A model generated the notes under the pieces. It made no database searches. It saw nothing but the letters and a program-made list of their open reading frames with translations, and had not been told where the DNA came from. Positions 37,840-51,389 of a DNA stretch of 64,000 bases are shown piece after piece (the stretch's first letter is position 1; every line of letters begins with the position of its first letter). The stretch covers positions 1,798,001-1,862,000 of the forward strand of contig NC_043026.1 of assembly GCF_006345805.1 (NCBI RefSeq), given 5' to 3'. This DNA comes from Octopus sinensis (lineage: Eukaryota). A program made the position numbers and the translations under genes.

Positions 37840-40152
37840 ATATATGGACGCCCATATGGACGCAGAGGTGAAAATAAAAGATTTCACCATTGTTCGTGCA
37901 GATCGCACAGACCGAAATAAGGGAGGGACAGCCATCTTTATCCATGACTCCTTTTCACTTGATACCAAGGACATATTTTCCAATGGCTACTGTGAATCGG
38001 TATCACTATACAACAAAGCCAAGGACATAACCATTGTTGGTCTTACAGGCCTCCCCAGGCCACTCTAAGTACTTTGAAGAGTGCCTTAGCAAAGTCAAGT
38101 CCTTCCTTCGGAAGTACCACTCCGGAAAATACTAGTGATGGGTGATTTTAACCTCCCTCATGTGAACTGGCCCACAAATACTCTTGAAGTAGGCAAGTGC
38201 TCTACATCAGATAGAGCAGCAGCAGAACTGCTCTTTAATCTGATGGATGAGTATTTCCTGACTCAGCTAGTGCTTGAACCAACGAGACAGAATAAAACGA
38301 TCTTGGATCTGGTATTGACCAATCACTCTAGCTACGTTCACAGCATTTCAGTCGAAAAAACTCTCCTCTCAGACCACGACATGGTACTCTGCAATCTTAA
38401 TTCCTGACATATAAAAACCAAACCAGCCAATCCCACTCCATAGCACTAATTTGAAGACATAAACTTCCACAAAGCGGACTGGCGGGGGGCAATCAGAAAG
38501 GATCTGTCCTTCATCGACTGGTCTTTCACTCTCAGTCCCACCCAAATTGAGACTGCATGGCAACACTTTGAGAACATTGTCACCTATACATGCTCAAAAC
38601 ACGCTCCTATGAAATCTACTAACACAAACAGAAACCGGCTCCCTAAAAAGAAAAAAACACTCATCAGGCGCATCAAAAGACTCAACAAAAAATTCAACCA
38701 ATTAAAATATTCCCACACACAACATCCACATTCAACAACAATGAAAAGACTAGAGCTGGAAAAACTTCATCTGCAGACTAACATGAAAACCTCCATTGAA
38801 AATCAAAGAGCTGTGGAGGAACAATGGGTAATCAAAAACATCAAACAGAACCCAAAAGTGTTCTATTCTTATGCAAATAAGCATAGAACCACTGTCTCAC
38901 CCATTGGGCCATTGATTGATGATAATGGCATTCCCCAACACGATGCTAAAGAAATGGAAGAAATACTGCAGAAACATACTGCTCTGTCTTTAGTGTTCCC
39001 ACTGATATTGATGTGAGGAAACGAACGAACTTGACTCCCAACACAAAATCTCAGACATAACCTTCACTGCCACTGACATCGTAGCATAAATAAATTAGGT
39101 CAAATACTATTCTGCTGTAGGCCCTGATAGATTCCCCGCTAGTCTCCTGAAGGAATGTAGATATCAACTTGCAGTCCCTCCAACCAAACTCTGGAGAAAT
39201 TCTTTAGACTCAGATTATATACCGAAACTGTCCTATCCCAGTCGGTCATCCCTGTTTTCAAACAGGGAAACAGATCCCTCGCAGTCAACTATCGCCCAAT
39301 CTCACTCACCTCCCACATCATTAAAGTGTTTGAAAGAGTGTTAAGATCAAGGATAGCTGACTTCCTGGAGACCCACAAACTCCTAAATTCAAATCGCATG
39401 GCTTTTGCTGTGGCAGGGACTGTCTAACAGAACTCTTACACCACATTGAAGATGTACTCAAAGCCTTGGGAACAGGTTTGAACTCTGATGTCATATATCT
39501 TGACTTCAGTAAAGCGTTCGACAGGGTAGACCAAACATCCTACTCTCAAAATTGGCAAATGTTGGAATCCGTGGAAAAGTTCTACACTGGATTAAGTATT
39601 TTCTGGCGAATAGAACACAACATGTTGTAGTTGATGGAGTCCACTCAAACCCAGCAAAAGTCACCAGCGGTGTTCCCCAGGGAACTGTTTTGGGTCCGCT
39701 ACTCTTCATAATTTACGTAAACGACCTTTCCAGTGTCGTACATCACTGCAAAGTGAAAATATTCGCTGATGACACTAAGCTCCAGCAAATCGTCAATGAA
39801 GAAGCAGACCGAACTCAACTCCAGTCTGATCTATATGCTGTGAGTCAATGGGCAGACAGAAACAAAATGCAACTGAATGAGGGAAAATTTGAGCTGATGC
39901 ATTTTGGAAGAAATTCCTCACTAAAACAACCATACTCTCTTCCTTCAGGGGAACTGCTCACAGCCTCTAACAATATCAGAGACCTGGGTGTAATTGTTGA
40001 TGACGATCTCAGTTGGAGTGCACACATCAACAAGAAGGTCGATATAGCTCGTAGGATGAGTTCCTGGATCTTAAGAACCTTCCGGTCCAGAGAACAAGGT
40101 GTCATCATTCCACTTTTCTCCTCCTTTGTACGGCCACACCTTGAATACTGCT
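37840..40152 (+). mobile_element. CR1-group LINE, near-identical to 24660-27057, with endonuclease part; 3'-truncated
   Basis: RADRTDRNKGGTAIFI, MGDFNLP, SDHDMV, then a linker and RT nearly identical to the minus copy; several 1-nt deletions. Confidence 0.9.
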
Positions 40153-40510
40153 GCATCTTGATTTAAGGTTTCTTTACTAAATCTCTTAATATTGCTTCTA
40201 ATAAATCTTGATAGTTTTTTATGATTTCTGTCGACTCCCTCAGCCCCAATCCTAACAGACACTACCCCTTGTTCTCTCGGGTTTTAGATATACAAAGATT
40301 TGATAAAACTAGTTAATAAATTAAAGATGACCCCATAAAATAGTGACAAGCAATATCTGTAACGTGTCTTTCTTCCTGATGCTATGGTAGCTTCTAAGCT
40401 GAAGTGAAGGCAGCATGTTCTTTGTCTATCTCCTTACCTTCTTGGAGATATTAGGTAAGATTATACTAATGTGTCCATCTGTTTTAATTTAATTAAATTC
40501 TATGTATTTA

Positions 40511-40594
40511 TGCAACTGAGGATTGCTCTGCATTTAAATTGATGCATGATTGCATTGTTCAGTTAAATGGAGTTGCTTGAAACAATCGTACTGC
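40511..40594 (+). ncRNA. Type I hammerhead (family B), core intact, stems partly decayed
   Basis: TGCAA-CTGAGGA-TTGC...GCTT-GAAA-CAATCG-TA-CTGC; downstream flank matches 21100-21215. Confidence 0.6.
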
Positions 40595-40712
40595 TTTACC
40601 TCTGGATATCCTGTTGCTTATTTTGGTTTTATTCACCTTACTTTGAAATCGTATGGATAATACCGTTCTAAATTCTGGTGCCTCTGCTTAAGTACATATT
40701 CATCTGAATCAT

Positions 40713-40813
<101 letters not shown>

Positions 40814-41018
40814 GTAGGCTCGAAACGTTAAAGACTTGTTTCATTTATATTTCCTGAGCGCCATACTAATACAATTGTTTGTTGTATTCCACCTGCCTCG
40901 TCTTTTGTTTATTTCCGTAAACCTGCCTTCGTCTTTTGTCTATTTTCATAAAGCTTACCGTTATATATATATATATATATAATATATATATATATATATT
41001 ATATATAATATATATAAT

Positions 41019-41094
<76 letters not shown>

Positions 41095-41213
41095 ATAGAG
41101 GGCATTATTACACATAAATGCCTCACGCTAAGAGGGACATAAGTCCCTACCAAAATTTAACTAATCGTACCTAATGCAGTTTTCGAAGCAAGACATTTAA
41201 AAAACTGAATTTA

Positions 41214-41276
41214 GTTCTATATCACCTGTGATTTCACACTTAACGCATCAAATACGTCTATGTTCATCAGTAGAAC
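41214..41276 (-). ncRNA. Type I hammerhead ribozyme, intact
   Basis: Minus strand GTTCTA-CTGATGA-ACA..ACGTA-TTTGA-TGCGT..TGT-GAAA-TCAC-AG-GTGA-TA-TAGAAC; 6-bp stem I, 5-bp stem III. Confidence 0.85.
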
Positions 41277-41448
41277 TGATTCTGAACACATCATAGATAA
41301 ACGACAAACATTACCTGGTGAAGTCAAACAGACATCTGCTCCTCTCGGCGAAGCACATGGAGATGTTTATGAATCATATATTCGGTAAATGGCGGGCTTT
41401 CTTGAACTGCATGTCGGTAGGAAAAGTTTTTCTTCGGAATAAATTTAA

Positions 41449-41758
41449 CAATTAAGGATAACTTCTTAATAAGGAATCTTAACAAGAAATTATCAGGTAG
41501 TTAGCGTGAAAAACCTCATAAGAGAAAAAATTCGAAAATAATTTTTTCCTTTGAAAATATTAATTTATATTGTATAGAGGGCGACTTATGTCCCTCTTAG
41601 CATAAGGCATTTATGTGTAAAAATGCCCTCTATACAATATAAATTAATATTTTCAAAGGAAAAAATTATTTTCGAATTTTTTCTCTTATGAGGTTTTTCA
41701 TGCTATCTACCTGATAATTTCTTGTTAAGATTCCTTATTAAGAAGTTATCCTTAATTG
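41449..41758. repeat. Hairpin with ~134-bp arms adjoining the HHR-bearing repeat
   Basis: 41449-41582 vs 41625-41758; 41090-41150 is the reverse complement of the loop region. Confidence 0.85.
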
Positions 41759-41759
41759 C

Positions 41760-41809
<50 letters not shown>

Positions 41810-41811
<2 letters not shown>

Positions 41812-43620
41812 AAAACTCATAGAATTCCAGAAAATTTTAAACGGACTGGACGTAAACATCCAATTCACGATGGAATATAGCCAACAACAACTCCCCTTCC
41901 TCGATATCCTCATTAAGAAAGCTAATAATATAATAGAAACAGACATATACTATAAGCCTACAGACTCTAAGCAATATCTTCCATTCAATTCATGCCACCC
42001 CAGACACACCAGGATGAATATCCCCTTCAATCTAGCAAAAAGGATATGCACTATAGTCTCTAACGCAAACACCAGAGACACACGACTACAAGAACTAAAA
42101 GATACCCTAATCACCAGGAACTATCCACCTTCACTTATTGACAAGTGCATTCAACTTAACATCAAGGAACTGAGACATCCCAAATCAAAGAAAAACTTAC
42201 AACCAAAAGCCTTACCATACATCTCCACACACAACCCTCTCAATAACGAAGCCTTCGACACCATCCTCCACAACATACCCCTCCTAAAAAAAGACCACAG
42301 AATGAACACAATCCTCCAAACACACACGATCATAAAAAGCAAAAGACAGCCTAGATCCATGAAAAGTCTCCTTACACAAGCCCGAATTCACTCCTCAACA
42401 CAGAAGCCGACAGTAAAAAAATGTGGATGACCCAATTGCGGGATATGGACTATCTAATTGAGGGATCAGAGTTCTCCTTCAAGCAGGGACAACGGTTTAC
42501 AGTGAAAAGCAACTTCACATGTGCTTCGGAGAACCTAATATACTCACTAACCTGCTCCGGGTGTCAAGAGCAGTACATAGGCCAAACAAAAAATGGTTTG
42601 CGTAAACGAATGGCCCTGCACAGATCCCAGATAAAAATTCCCCAAAACAGAAAAATAGCTTTTAGCCAACACATAGATACTTGCGCCAACAAAAAACACC
42701 AAACTTCAGAATTTCCCCCTCTACCAATTTAGGGACGATACAACCTCGAGACAACGAATAAGTAAAGAAAATCTCTTTATTACAAAATACAAGCCACTTC
42801 TAAACGGGTCTACGACAAACAATTAATATACCTCAACTTTAGAATAAAAGAAAAAAATATATATACACACAAATATTACACTCCATAGAATCCATTACTA
42901 ATCAGCCCCTTCATAGCTATACTTACAACCCATTCATATTCCCCCTTCTCTGGTTTTTCTTCTTCTTCTTCTTCCTCTTCCTTCATCATCATCATTATTA
43001 TCATCATCGTCGTCATCATCATCACCACCATCATCACCACCATCTTCTCCTTCTCCTCCTTCTTCTTCATCATCATCATTATTATCATCATCGTCGTCAT
43101 AATCATCACCACCACCACCATCATCGTCATCTTCTCTTCTCCTTCTCCTTCTCTTCTTCTTCTTACTTCTCCACCCCCTACCCCTTAACTTTGTCACTAA
43201 TGTTTTTTAGTATAACACCTACGCTAATTCTATAAACCTACGCTAATTCTATAAACAAGCCTGTCAATATAAATATTCTCCTGAATTGAACTGAGACTGC
43301 CAGCCGCCACTGACCATTCAAAATACGACCATCAGGGCACTCCCAGATTCTCCCATCCCCCTTTCCCCACCAGCCTTCTTCCTCTACTACCCTTCCAAGA
43401 ACTCACAACTACCTCGAACACACAAGTGCAAACAAGGGAGTCAGAGAAAGGCAGAATGCCACTTAAATCTGAACACTACTATAGAAATATTCTTTTAAAA
43501 AAACTTTTCTTCTAATTTTTCTAAATTTAATTATTTAATCGTTACAGTTGAAAAGGTCTCAAAATGACCGAAACCGGTACTGAAATGTTCACTATAAAAT
43601 TATTTTAGCATTTTCTATTT
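41810..43620 (+). mobile_element. Penelope-like element (Neptune-type): RT C-terminus, Cys-rich linker, GIY-YIG endonuclease and 3' region
   Basis: IQFTMEY..LPFLDILI..IYYKPTDSKQYLPFNSCHP; KCG*PNC; NLIYSLTCSGCQEQYIGQT; KENLFITKYKPLLN; 5' end lies in (CA)n. Confidence 0.9.
43541..43587 (+). ncRNA. Decayed hammerhead in the PLE 3' region
   Basis: GTTACAG-TTGAAAA-GGTC-TCAAAAT-GACC-GAAA-CCGG-TA-CTGAAAT; two core transitions (C3U, G8A). Confidence 0.6.
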
Positions 43621-43679
43621 TTGACTGTTTTTTTCATATATATATATATATATATTATATATATTATATATATATATAT

Positions 43680-43717
<38 letters not shown>

Positions 43718-43724
43718 TATATAT

Positions 43725-43795
<71 letters not shown>

Positions 43796-44004
43796 TGTGT
43801 GTATATATACATACACACACACACACACACACACATATAGTCAATTCAGAAAGACACAGAGAAAATGAAAAAAAGCGAAACAAACATATCACAAGTAATG
43901 TACTAATAAGATGTTCAGAGAAGAAGTTTTATGTTTCCAGCATGGTTCTTACATAAATATATATATTTAAGTAAATAATTATAGAAATAGAAATATAATT
44001 ATAG

Positions 44005-44375
44005 GTGCTGGAATGCCAGCACCTATATGCTAGAAGTAGATGTCAAGTACCTACAATCCACTCTAAATTTGTCCTCTGTTTATAACTCCAGGTCGAATGA
44101 ACAAGAATTACAAAAATTTCATGTTCTGTTCTAAAGATTACTTTGCAATGTTCAGTAGAGATTCACTGACAAATGTAGAAGCAAACACATTCATAGACAT
44201 AGTGATCTTCATTACAGAGTATGAAACCTTAGGAGATAGGATAATCGGAAAGTTTTGTAAATCTTCTTGCCCTTTACCTTGCGTTTGACCTGGGGTTATA
44301 AATAGAGAACAAATTTAGTGTAGATTGTTGATATTTAACATCTACGTCTAGTATATAAGCGCTGGCATTTCACCA
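44005..44375. mobile_element. Old MITE-like element with ~90-bp diverged TIRs
   Basis: 44005-44097 vs 44285-44375 are reverse complements, about 80 percent identical by eye. Confidence 0.65.
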
Positions 44376-44768
44376 CCCTTAATTATAATTATATTTTTAT
44401 AATATATACTTAAAAATTAATTTTACTGATATGGTCATGTTTTTTATATGCTTGCCATCAATTTATATATATACATATATATATATGTAAATATATATGT
44501 ATATATATGTATATATATATATGTAAATATATATGTATATATATAGTATATATATGTAAATATATGTAAATATATATATGTATATATACTACAAAATTAG
44601 AGAATGGAGAAACATACTTAAATCAATAAAACATCAACTATCCGATGATACCCAATCAATACTTTAATACACCATTACATATGAGTAAAGGCATTATATA
44701 AAATGAGATATACAGTAATAGTAAAAAGATAAAGAGATATAAGTAAAAAATTTTCAAATATAATATGC

Positions 44769-44897
44769 AATTAAATCAAAACTGACAGCTGTTTCGGCAG
44801 TGAGGGCAGTCATACCTCATTTAACCTCTTAGCCATAAAGGCAGGTATAAATGAGGCATTAACAAGGATGCCCCACGGCCTCTTCAGAGAATTAAAT
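44769..44897 (-). ncRNA. Type I hammerhead (family D)
   Basis: Reverse complement of 46211-46343, core intact. Confidence 0.8.
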
Positions 44898-46210
44898 TAA
44901 TTTGTTATAATGTGAAAAATATAATATAACCATATACATATAAATATAAAAATATAAAAATGTAAAATATAAAAAATATAAAAAACTTATACATCATAAT
45001 GCTACACTTATATATATATAATTATTGGTACAATAAAGGAAGGTAAACAGAACAAAATAAAACAAATATATATCAGTGTATATACTAATATTAATAAGTA
45101 CCGATATTATACATATTTGGCTAATAGTTTTAAAAAAAAAAAAAAAAAAAAAACTAACACATAGGGAGATGAAAAATAATAATTAAAACCATGGTTCAGT
45201 TCATAAAATTCTAAAGCTATGAAAGTTAATAAAAATTACTATTAATATTAATAATAATAATAATAAAAAAAATAATAATAATAATAATAGATACAGTTAA
45301 GTTAGCACCAAGTCCATCCTTTCAAGATCGAAATAACTATGAGTTTTAGAAATGCTGATCACTAGGTAAAGAAAATTTAGATTAATTCGATTGGCTATTG
45401 GTTTGAAATTTAAATCACAAAAGAAAATTATACGGTTGGTTAGTCACGGAACGCCAATATTCACACACGCATCTACAGATCAATCGCACATACACACATA
45501 GTTATATGTATATACATACACTTATACACATACATAATCACAAGCAACAACTAGCACATAGATAAACAAAAAGGGAAGCAGCTATGCTACCATTTAGTCC
45601 TTCAAATTATAACTGTGCTTCAAATAACGAAAAAAGAACCACCCATGCATTTCATAAAATATTTAATTTAGATATAAATATATTTTTAAATATCAATATG
45701 TTACTAAGTCAGAAAATTATTTCATGGGTAACTTAAAATTTATAACACCGGTTTGTGGCATAGTAAACATACGGTTGTTAGATTTATCGTAAGTTTGTTA
45801 TGATTCTTAACTGTATCTATTATTATTATTATTATTTTTATTATTATTATTATTATTAATATTAATAGTAATTTTTATTAACTTTCATAGCTTTAGAATT
45901 TTATGAACTGAACCATGGTTTTAATTATTATTTTTCATCTCCCTATGTGTTAGTTTTTTTTTTTTTTTTTTTTTAAAAAACTATTAGCCAAATATGTATA
46001 ATATCGGTACTTATTAATATTAGTATATACACTGATATATATTTTGTTTTATTTTGTTCTGTTTACCTTCCTTTATTGTACCAATAAGTATTATATTATA
46101 TAAGTGTAGCATTATGATGTATAAGTTTTTATATTTTTTATATTTTACATTTTTATATTTTTATATTTATATGTATATGGTTATATTATATTTTTCACAA
46201 TTATAACAAA

Positions 46211-46343
46211 TTTAATTTAATTCTCTGAAGAGGCCGTGGGGCATCCTTGTTAATGCCTCATTTATACCTGCCTTTATGGCTAAGAGGTTTAAATGAGGTA
46301 TGACTGCCCTCACTGCCGAAACAGCTGTCAGTTTTGATTTAAT
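46211..46343 (+). ncRNA. Type I hammerhead (family D), GUC cleavage triplet
   Basis: CT-CTGAAGA-GGC...long branched stem II...GCC-GAAA-CAGCTG-TC-AG; palindrome ACAGCTGT; interrupted extended stem I. Confidence 0.8.
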
Positions 46344-46815
46344 TGCATATTATATTGAAAATTTTTTACTTATATCTCTTTATCTTTTTACTATTACTGT
46401 ATCTCATTTTATATAATGCCTTTACTCATATGTAATGGTGTATTAAAGTATTGATTGGGATCATCGGATAGTTGATGTTTTATTGATTTAAGTATGTTCT
46501 CCATTCTCTAATTTTGTAGTATTAATTTACGGTAATATTATTACCTTTACCCATATAATACAATAGATGAACTGATTGTTTGACAATTTTTAACATCTAT
46601 GTATTAATCTTGTTGGGTACCTATCTGGCAGTATATTGGATATATATTATCCCATGGTGGGTTGAATTTTCAACCCCTATCTCATTTTATAACCTATATG
46701 TATATATATATATGTATATATATATATATGTGTATAAATGTACATACATATATGTATATATGTATATATACATAAATGCATGCTTATACATACATACATA
46801 CATATATACATATAT

Positions 46816-46860
<45 letters not shown>

Positions 46861-46934
46861 CACACACATGCACACACACATATTTACATAAAAACATACA
46901 TGCATAGATACCTATCTACCTATGATTGATTGAT

Positions 46935-49900
46935 TCTAGTTTCAGCTTATGAGCTGTGGCCATGCTGGGGCACCGCCATTTGGTGTTGCTACTTGGTTTC
47001 ACTTCATGGAGGCTTTCTAGCAACTGCTATTTGGTGCATGAGAGAGTTCGATGCAGCTGCCCTCATCTGCCCCTCCTGCCGTGAAGTTGGTTCATCTGGG
47101 ACACCTGACAGGAAGAGATCCAGCTTCATTTTAAAGACATCTGCATCCACCCCATGCAGGTCTCTCAGGTTCTTCGGGAGGATATTGAAGAGCTGTGGGC
47201 CTCGGAAGCCCAGGCTATCACAGAATCTTGTCCTACATCTTGATGGCAAGTTTGGAGTCCTAGGCACACGCAGTGGCGCCCAGTTCTGGCATTTGTGTAA
47301 CTCTCGATGCCAAAGTTCAGGACACTTCCCTCCAGGATCTTCCAGATGTATATTATGGCATATCTTTCCCGCCTACGCTCCAGGGATATAAATTTAATCT
47401 CTTGAGTCTTTCCCAGTAGCTTACATTCTGCATAGAGGCTATCTTTTCGTGTAGCTACGTTGGATCGCCTCGAGCTCTGTGATCAACTTGACACTGGATG
47501 GTGACCATAACTGAGAGCAGTAGTCAAAGTGGCTTAGGACAAGTGTCCTCCAGAGGACCATCATGTTTCTTGTTCTCTTGTTCTAAAGGTTCTGAGGATC
47601 CATCCGGCCAGTCGTCTACATTTCATTGCCAATTTAGCAACATGTACACGAAAGGTCGCGTCATCACTCATGAAATACCTAGGTCACGCACTGATTGTGC
47701 CTCTGGGATTGCTATTCCTCCGGGTCCAGTGTATTCATTGGGTATTGCATTTAGTTTTGCATGCTGATAGTATAGAGCTTGAAACTTTTCAGCATTGAAC
47801 TGCATGCTATTCTTTTCAGCCCACTTGTATATTTTGTCTAGCTCACATTGCAGGTGTTTAGTGTCCTCAGGGTTCTGTATTGCCTGTGAAACTTTTGTAT
47901 CATCTGCATAACTTGTGATCGTGGCTCTCTGCGTGGCTGAGGGCATGTCTGAGAGGGCCATTATGAACAGTAGTGGTCCCAGAACAGTGCCCTGCGGAAA
48001 CCGCTCACTATTGCGTGTTAATAGAAGTGGCCCCATTGGCTACTACCACCTGACTTCTATCTTTCAGAAAGTCATGAAGCCATTCTCCCAGTTTTCCAAC
48101 TATGTTGAGATCACGCAGTTTGTGACATATCATTCCATGATCGACTTTATCAAAGGCCTTTGCAAAGTCGAGATATATCACTTCCACATTTGAGTGGTTG
48201 AGCAGCTGTTTCAGCACCCAGTCATAGTGTTGTAGGAGCTGAGTTAAACAGCTTCTCCCTGGTCGGAAACCATGTTGGGTGTCGGGCAGCAAGTCATTCT
48301 CTTCAAGGAAGGTGATCAGCTTCCTTCTGACTATTCGTTCCATGACCTTGCTGATGTGTGAGGTCAGAGAGATAGGTCTATAGTTCTTGGCTTCCGCTCT
48401 GCTACCTCCTTTATGAATGGGGCATATTTTACCTTCCTTCAGTTTTCTTGGAAGTTTGCCAGCTGCAAGGAAGCTCTGAAAGAGGAACTGCAGTGGTCTT
48501 GCTAGGACTCTCTTACATGCTTTTAGGAGGATTGCCGGGAATCCATCGGGGCCAGTAGCTGAGTCTGTTTTCATTTCATCTATAGCCTTGATTACATCGT
48601 CTTCCTTTATATCGATGTAATCTATCGTCGCCGCCTCTGATTTTATATCTGCAGTGGTAAAAAGTCAGTTGGATTGGTGATTTGGAGATGCCAAGGGGTG
48701 GAGTGAAAACACTCTTGAATTGCTCATTCAGTATTTCACTTACCCTCATTGGTTTTCCTGTAAGTGTGCCATCCTTTTCGAGGAGTGGCCCTATTCTACA
48801 GTGCACCGTAGCTGTTTCTTTGGCATACCTGTAGAAAGCTCTGGGGTTAGATTTTATGTTGTCTATAGCCCAGGCTTCTTTGTCTGCTCTTCCTTTTCAT
48901 GGGAGAGTTGCAGACATTTTTCGATTTCAACAGTTTTATTTTTAGGCGGGACTTTTCACTGCTTTCAATCTGTTTGATTAGGCATTTGAAAATTTTGTAT
49001 GCCGTCTCATTAAAATTTCCTCTCTCTGGGGATTTGTTCTTGTGTACAGTGGCCTTTCTCTCTGGGACACATTTGTAGCATATGGCTTGCATTACAGACA
49101 TGAATGTTGAAGTTTCATGTCGATGTCTGGCGAGGAGAGACATTTAGGCAGTTTTGTTTGAGGATCTTTCTTCTTTCTTCTCTTTTGTTTCCAGTTTGCC
49201 TTATGGTAGTTCAAGCTGGAAAGATTCTGAGGGTTCTTGTAGGCTGCATGTCCGTGCTCTCTTTGGCCCGTACATGGTCAGCTCTATCATGTTGTGATCC
49301 GAGAGTAGTGTCGGTGTCACTTTCACATTATGGATGAGATCCATATCATTTGTGAAGCAGAGATCCAGTGTGTTACCTGCCCTGGTTGGTTGGAGTATTA
49401 CCTGCTCCATGTACAGGGTGTTGATGAGGTTCAGGAGGGACCTCGCCTGTCCCCGTTCACATCTTGTCATTCCTGGGAGAGAAAAGCCCTCGGGCCATCT
49501 GACATTGGGCAGATTGAAGTCTCCCATAAGAAGTACACTTATGTGTTGTTCTAATGTGGTTAGAACTTCTTCTATTTTTATAAGGCAGTCTTCAAACTTG
49601 CCCACATGGCTTGGGGCATCTGGAGGGCGATATGTAGCACACACAACTACATCAAGTTGCCTAATATGTACAATTAGTGTGTCACACACCGAGTTTGAGT
49701 ATGACAAGAGGACCTGGGGTGTGAGGTCCTCACGGATGTACATAGCAACTCCTCCATGACTCCTTTCTTTCCTGTCGGTCCGTAGTACAGCATACTGTGG
49801 TATGTGTAACTCCGCATCTGCTATATCCGGTCAGGTGCGTTTCCGTTAGTGCTATGCATAAGGCTTGATTGCATGCAACAAAATCTCTCAGGAACGGGAT

Positions 49901-50075
49901 TTTTGTCCTGTTACTGAGTGTTTGCAGTCCTCTGATGTTCAGTAGGAGCATCGAGGTGAGGTGTACGTTGTTGCCGGTGGTGTCCATCTGGGTCTGTTTG
50001 TGTGGTGGTCTGGTATATAGTGGGTAGTCCCACCTGCGGGCTTGGGTTTGATGAAGCCAGGTCCTGCTGTACAAT
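46935..50075 (-). mobile_element. CR1-group LINE, nearly complete ORF2 with frameshifts
   Basis: LLLNIRGL, ALTETHL, GDFNLP, NTLDLCF, SDHN, SATGPDGFP, YLDFAKAFDKVDH, PQGTVLGP, YADDTK; 3' tail ggcggtgccccagcatggccacagctcataagctgaaac. Confidence 0.9.
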
Positions 50076-50084
50076 CTTTTGTAG

Positions 50085-50141
<57 letters not shown>

Positions 50142-50204
50142 GATAAATATATATATATATATACATATATATAATATATATATATATAGATATATATATA
50201 TATA

Positions 50205-51041
50205 TATAGTTATAAAATGAGATAGGGTTGAAAATTCAACCCACCATGGTAATATATATCCAATATACTGCTAGATAGGTACCCAACAAAAATAATACAT
50301 AGATGTTAAAAATTGTCAAACAATCAGTTCATCTTTGCATTATATGGGTAAAGGTAATAAAATTACCGTAAATAATAACAAAATTAGAGAATGGAGAAAT
50401 ATACTTAATCAGTAAAAAATCAACTATCCGATGATACTCAATCCATATTTTTAATACACCATACATATGAGTAAAGGCAATACATAAAATGAAATGAGTA
50501 TATACAGTAATAGTAACAAGATAAAGAGATATAAGTAAAAAATTTTCAAATATAATATGCAATAATCAAAACTGACAGCTGTTTCGGCAGTGAGGACAGT
50601 CATACCTCATTTAACTATAAGCCATAAAGGCAGGTATAAATGAGGCATTAACAAGGATGCCCCACGGCCTCTTCAGAGAATTAAATAATTTGTTTATAAT
50701 AGTGAAAAATATTATACAATCATATACATATAAATATAAAAATATAAAAATGTAAAATATAAAACTTATACATCATAAAGCTACACTTATATAATATAAT
50801 ACACATTTGTACAAAAAGGAAGGTAAACAGAACAAAATAAAACAAATATATAATAGTGTATATATTAATATCAATAAGTACCGATATTATACAATTTGGC
50901 TAATAGTTTTATATATATAAAAAAAGGCTAACATATATGGAGATGAAAAATAATAATAATAATTAAATCCGTGGTGGTACAGTTCATAAGATTCTAAAGC
51001 TATAAAAGTTAATAAAGATTACTATTAATAATAATAATAAT

Positions 51042-51078
<37 letters not shown>

Positions 51079-51200
51079 TATCTCATTTCATTTTATGTAT
51101 TGCCTTTACTATATGTAATGGTGTATTAAATATGGATTGAGTATCATCGGATAGTTGTGTTTACTGATTTAAGTATATTTCTCCATTCTCTAATTTTTAT
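50205..51200. repeat. Third copy of the family D unit, inverted relative to 45815-46692
   Basis: 50210-50360 is the reverse complement of 46525-46692; many 1-nt indels. Confidence 0.8.
50565..50685 (-). ncRNA. Type I hammerhead (family D), third copy
   Basis: gacagctgtttcggc...gcctcttcagag; core intact. Confidence 0.75.
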
Positions 51201-51203
51201 ATA

Positions 51204-51265
<62 letters not shown>

Positions 51266-51279
51266 GTATATAATATATA

Positions 51280-51311
<32 letters not shown>

Positions 51312-51316
51312 TCTAC

Positions 51317-51362
<46 letters not shown>

Positions 51363-51389
51363 TATATATATATATATATACATACATAT

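Larger units (their letters stand above)
44590..46692. repeat. Inverted pair of a ~720-bp AT-rich HHR-bearing unit around a ~500-bp spacer
   Basis: 44590-45315 vs 45815-46525; third copy at 50360-51070. Confidence 0.85.

Noticed and set aside
40155-40500. Faint Gypsy gag-like words on the minus strand
   Set aside because: Multiple stops, and part of the region is homologous to the HHR family B repeat.
41315-41420. Bidirectional host promoter with first exons (ATGGCG...G|GTAGGA on plus, CAG|GTAATG on minus)
   Set aside because: No downstream exons or known protein found; better explained as part of the HHR-bearing repeat.
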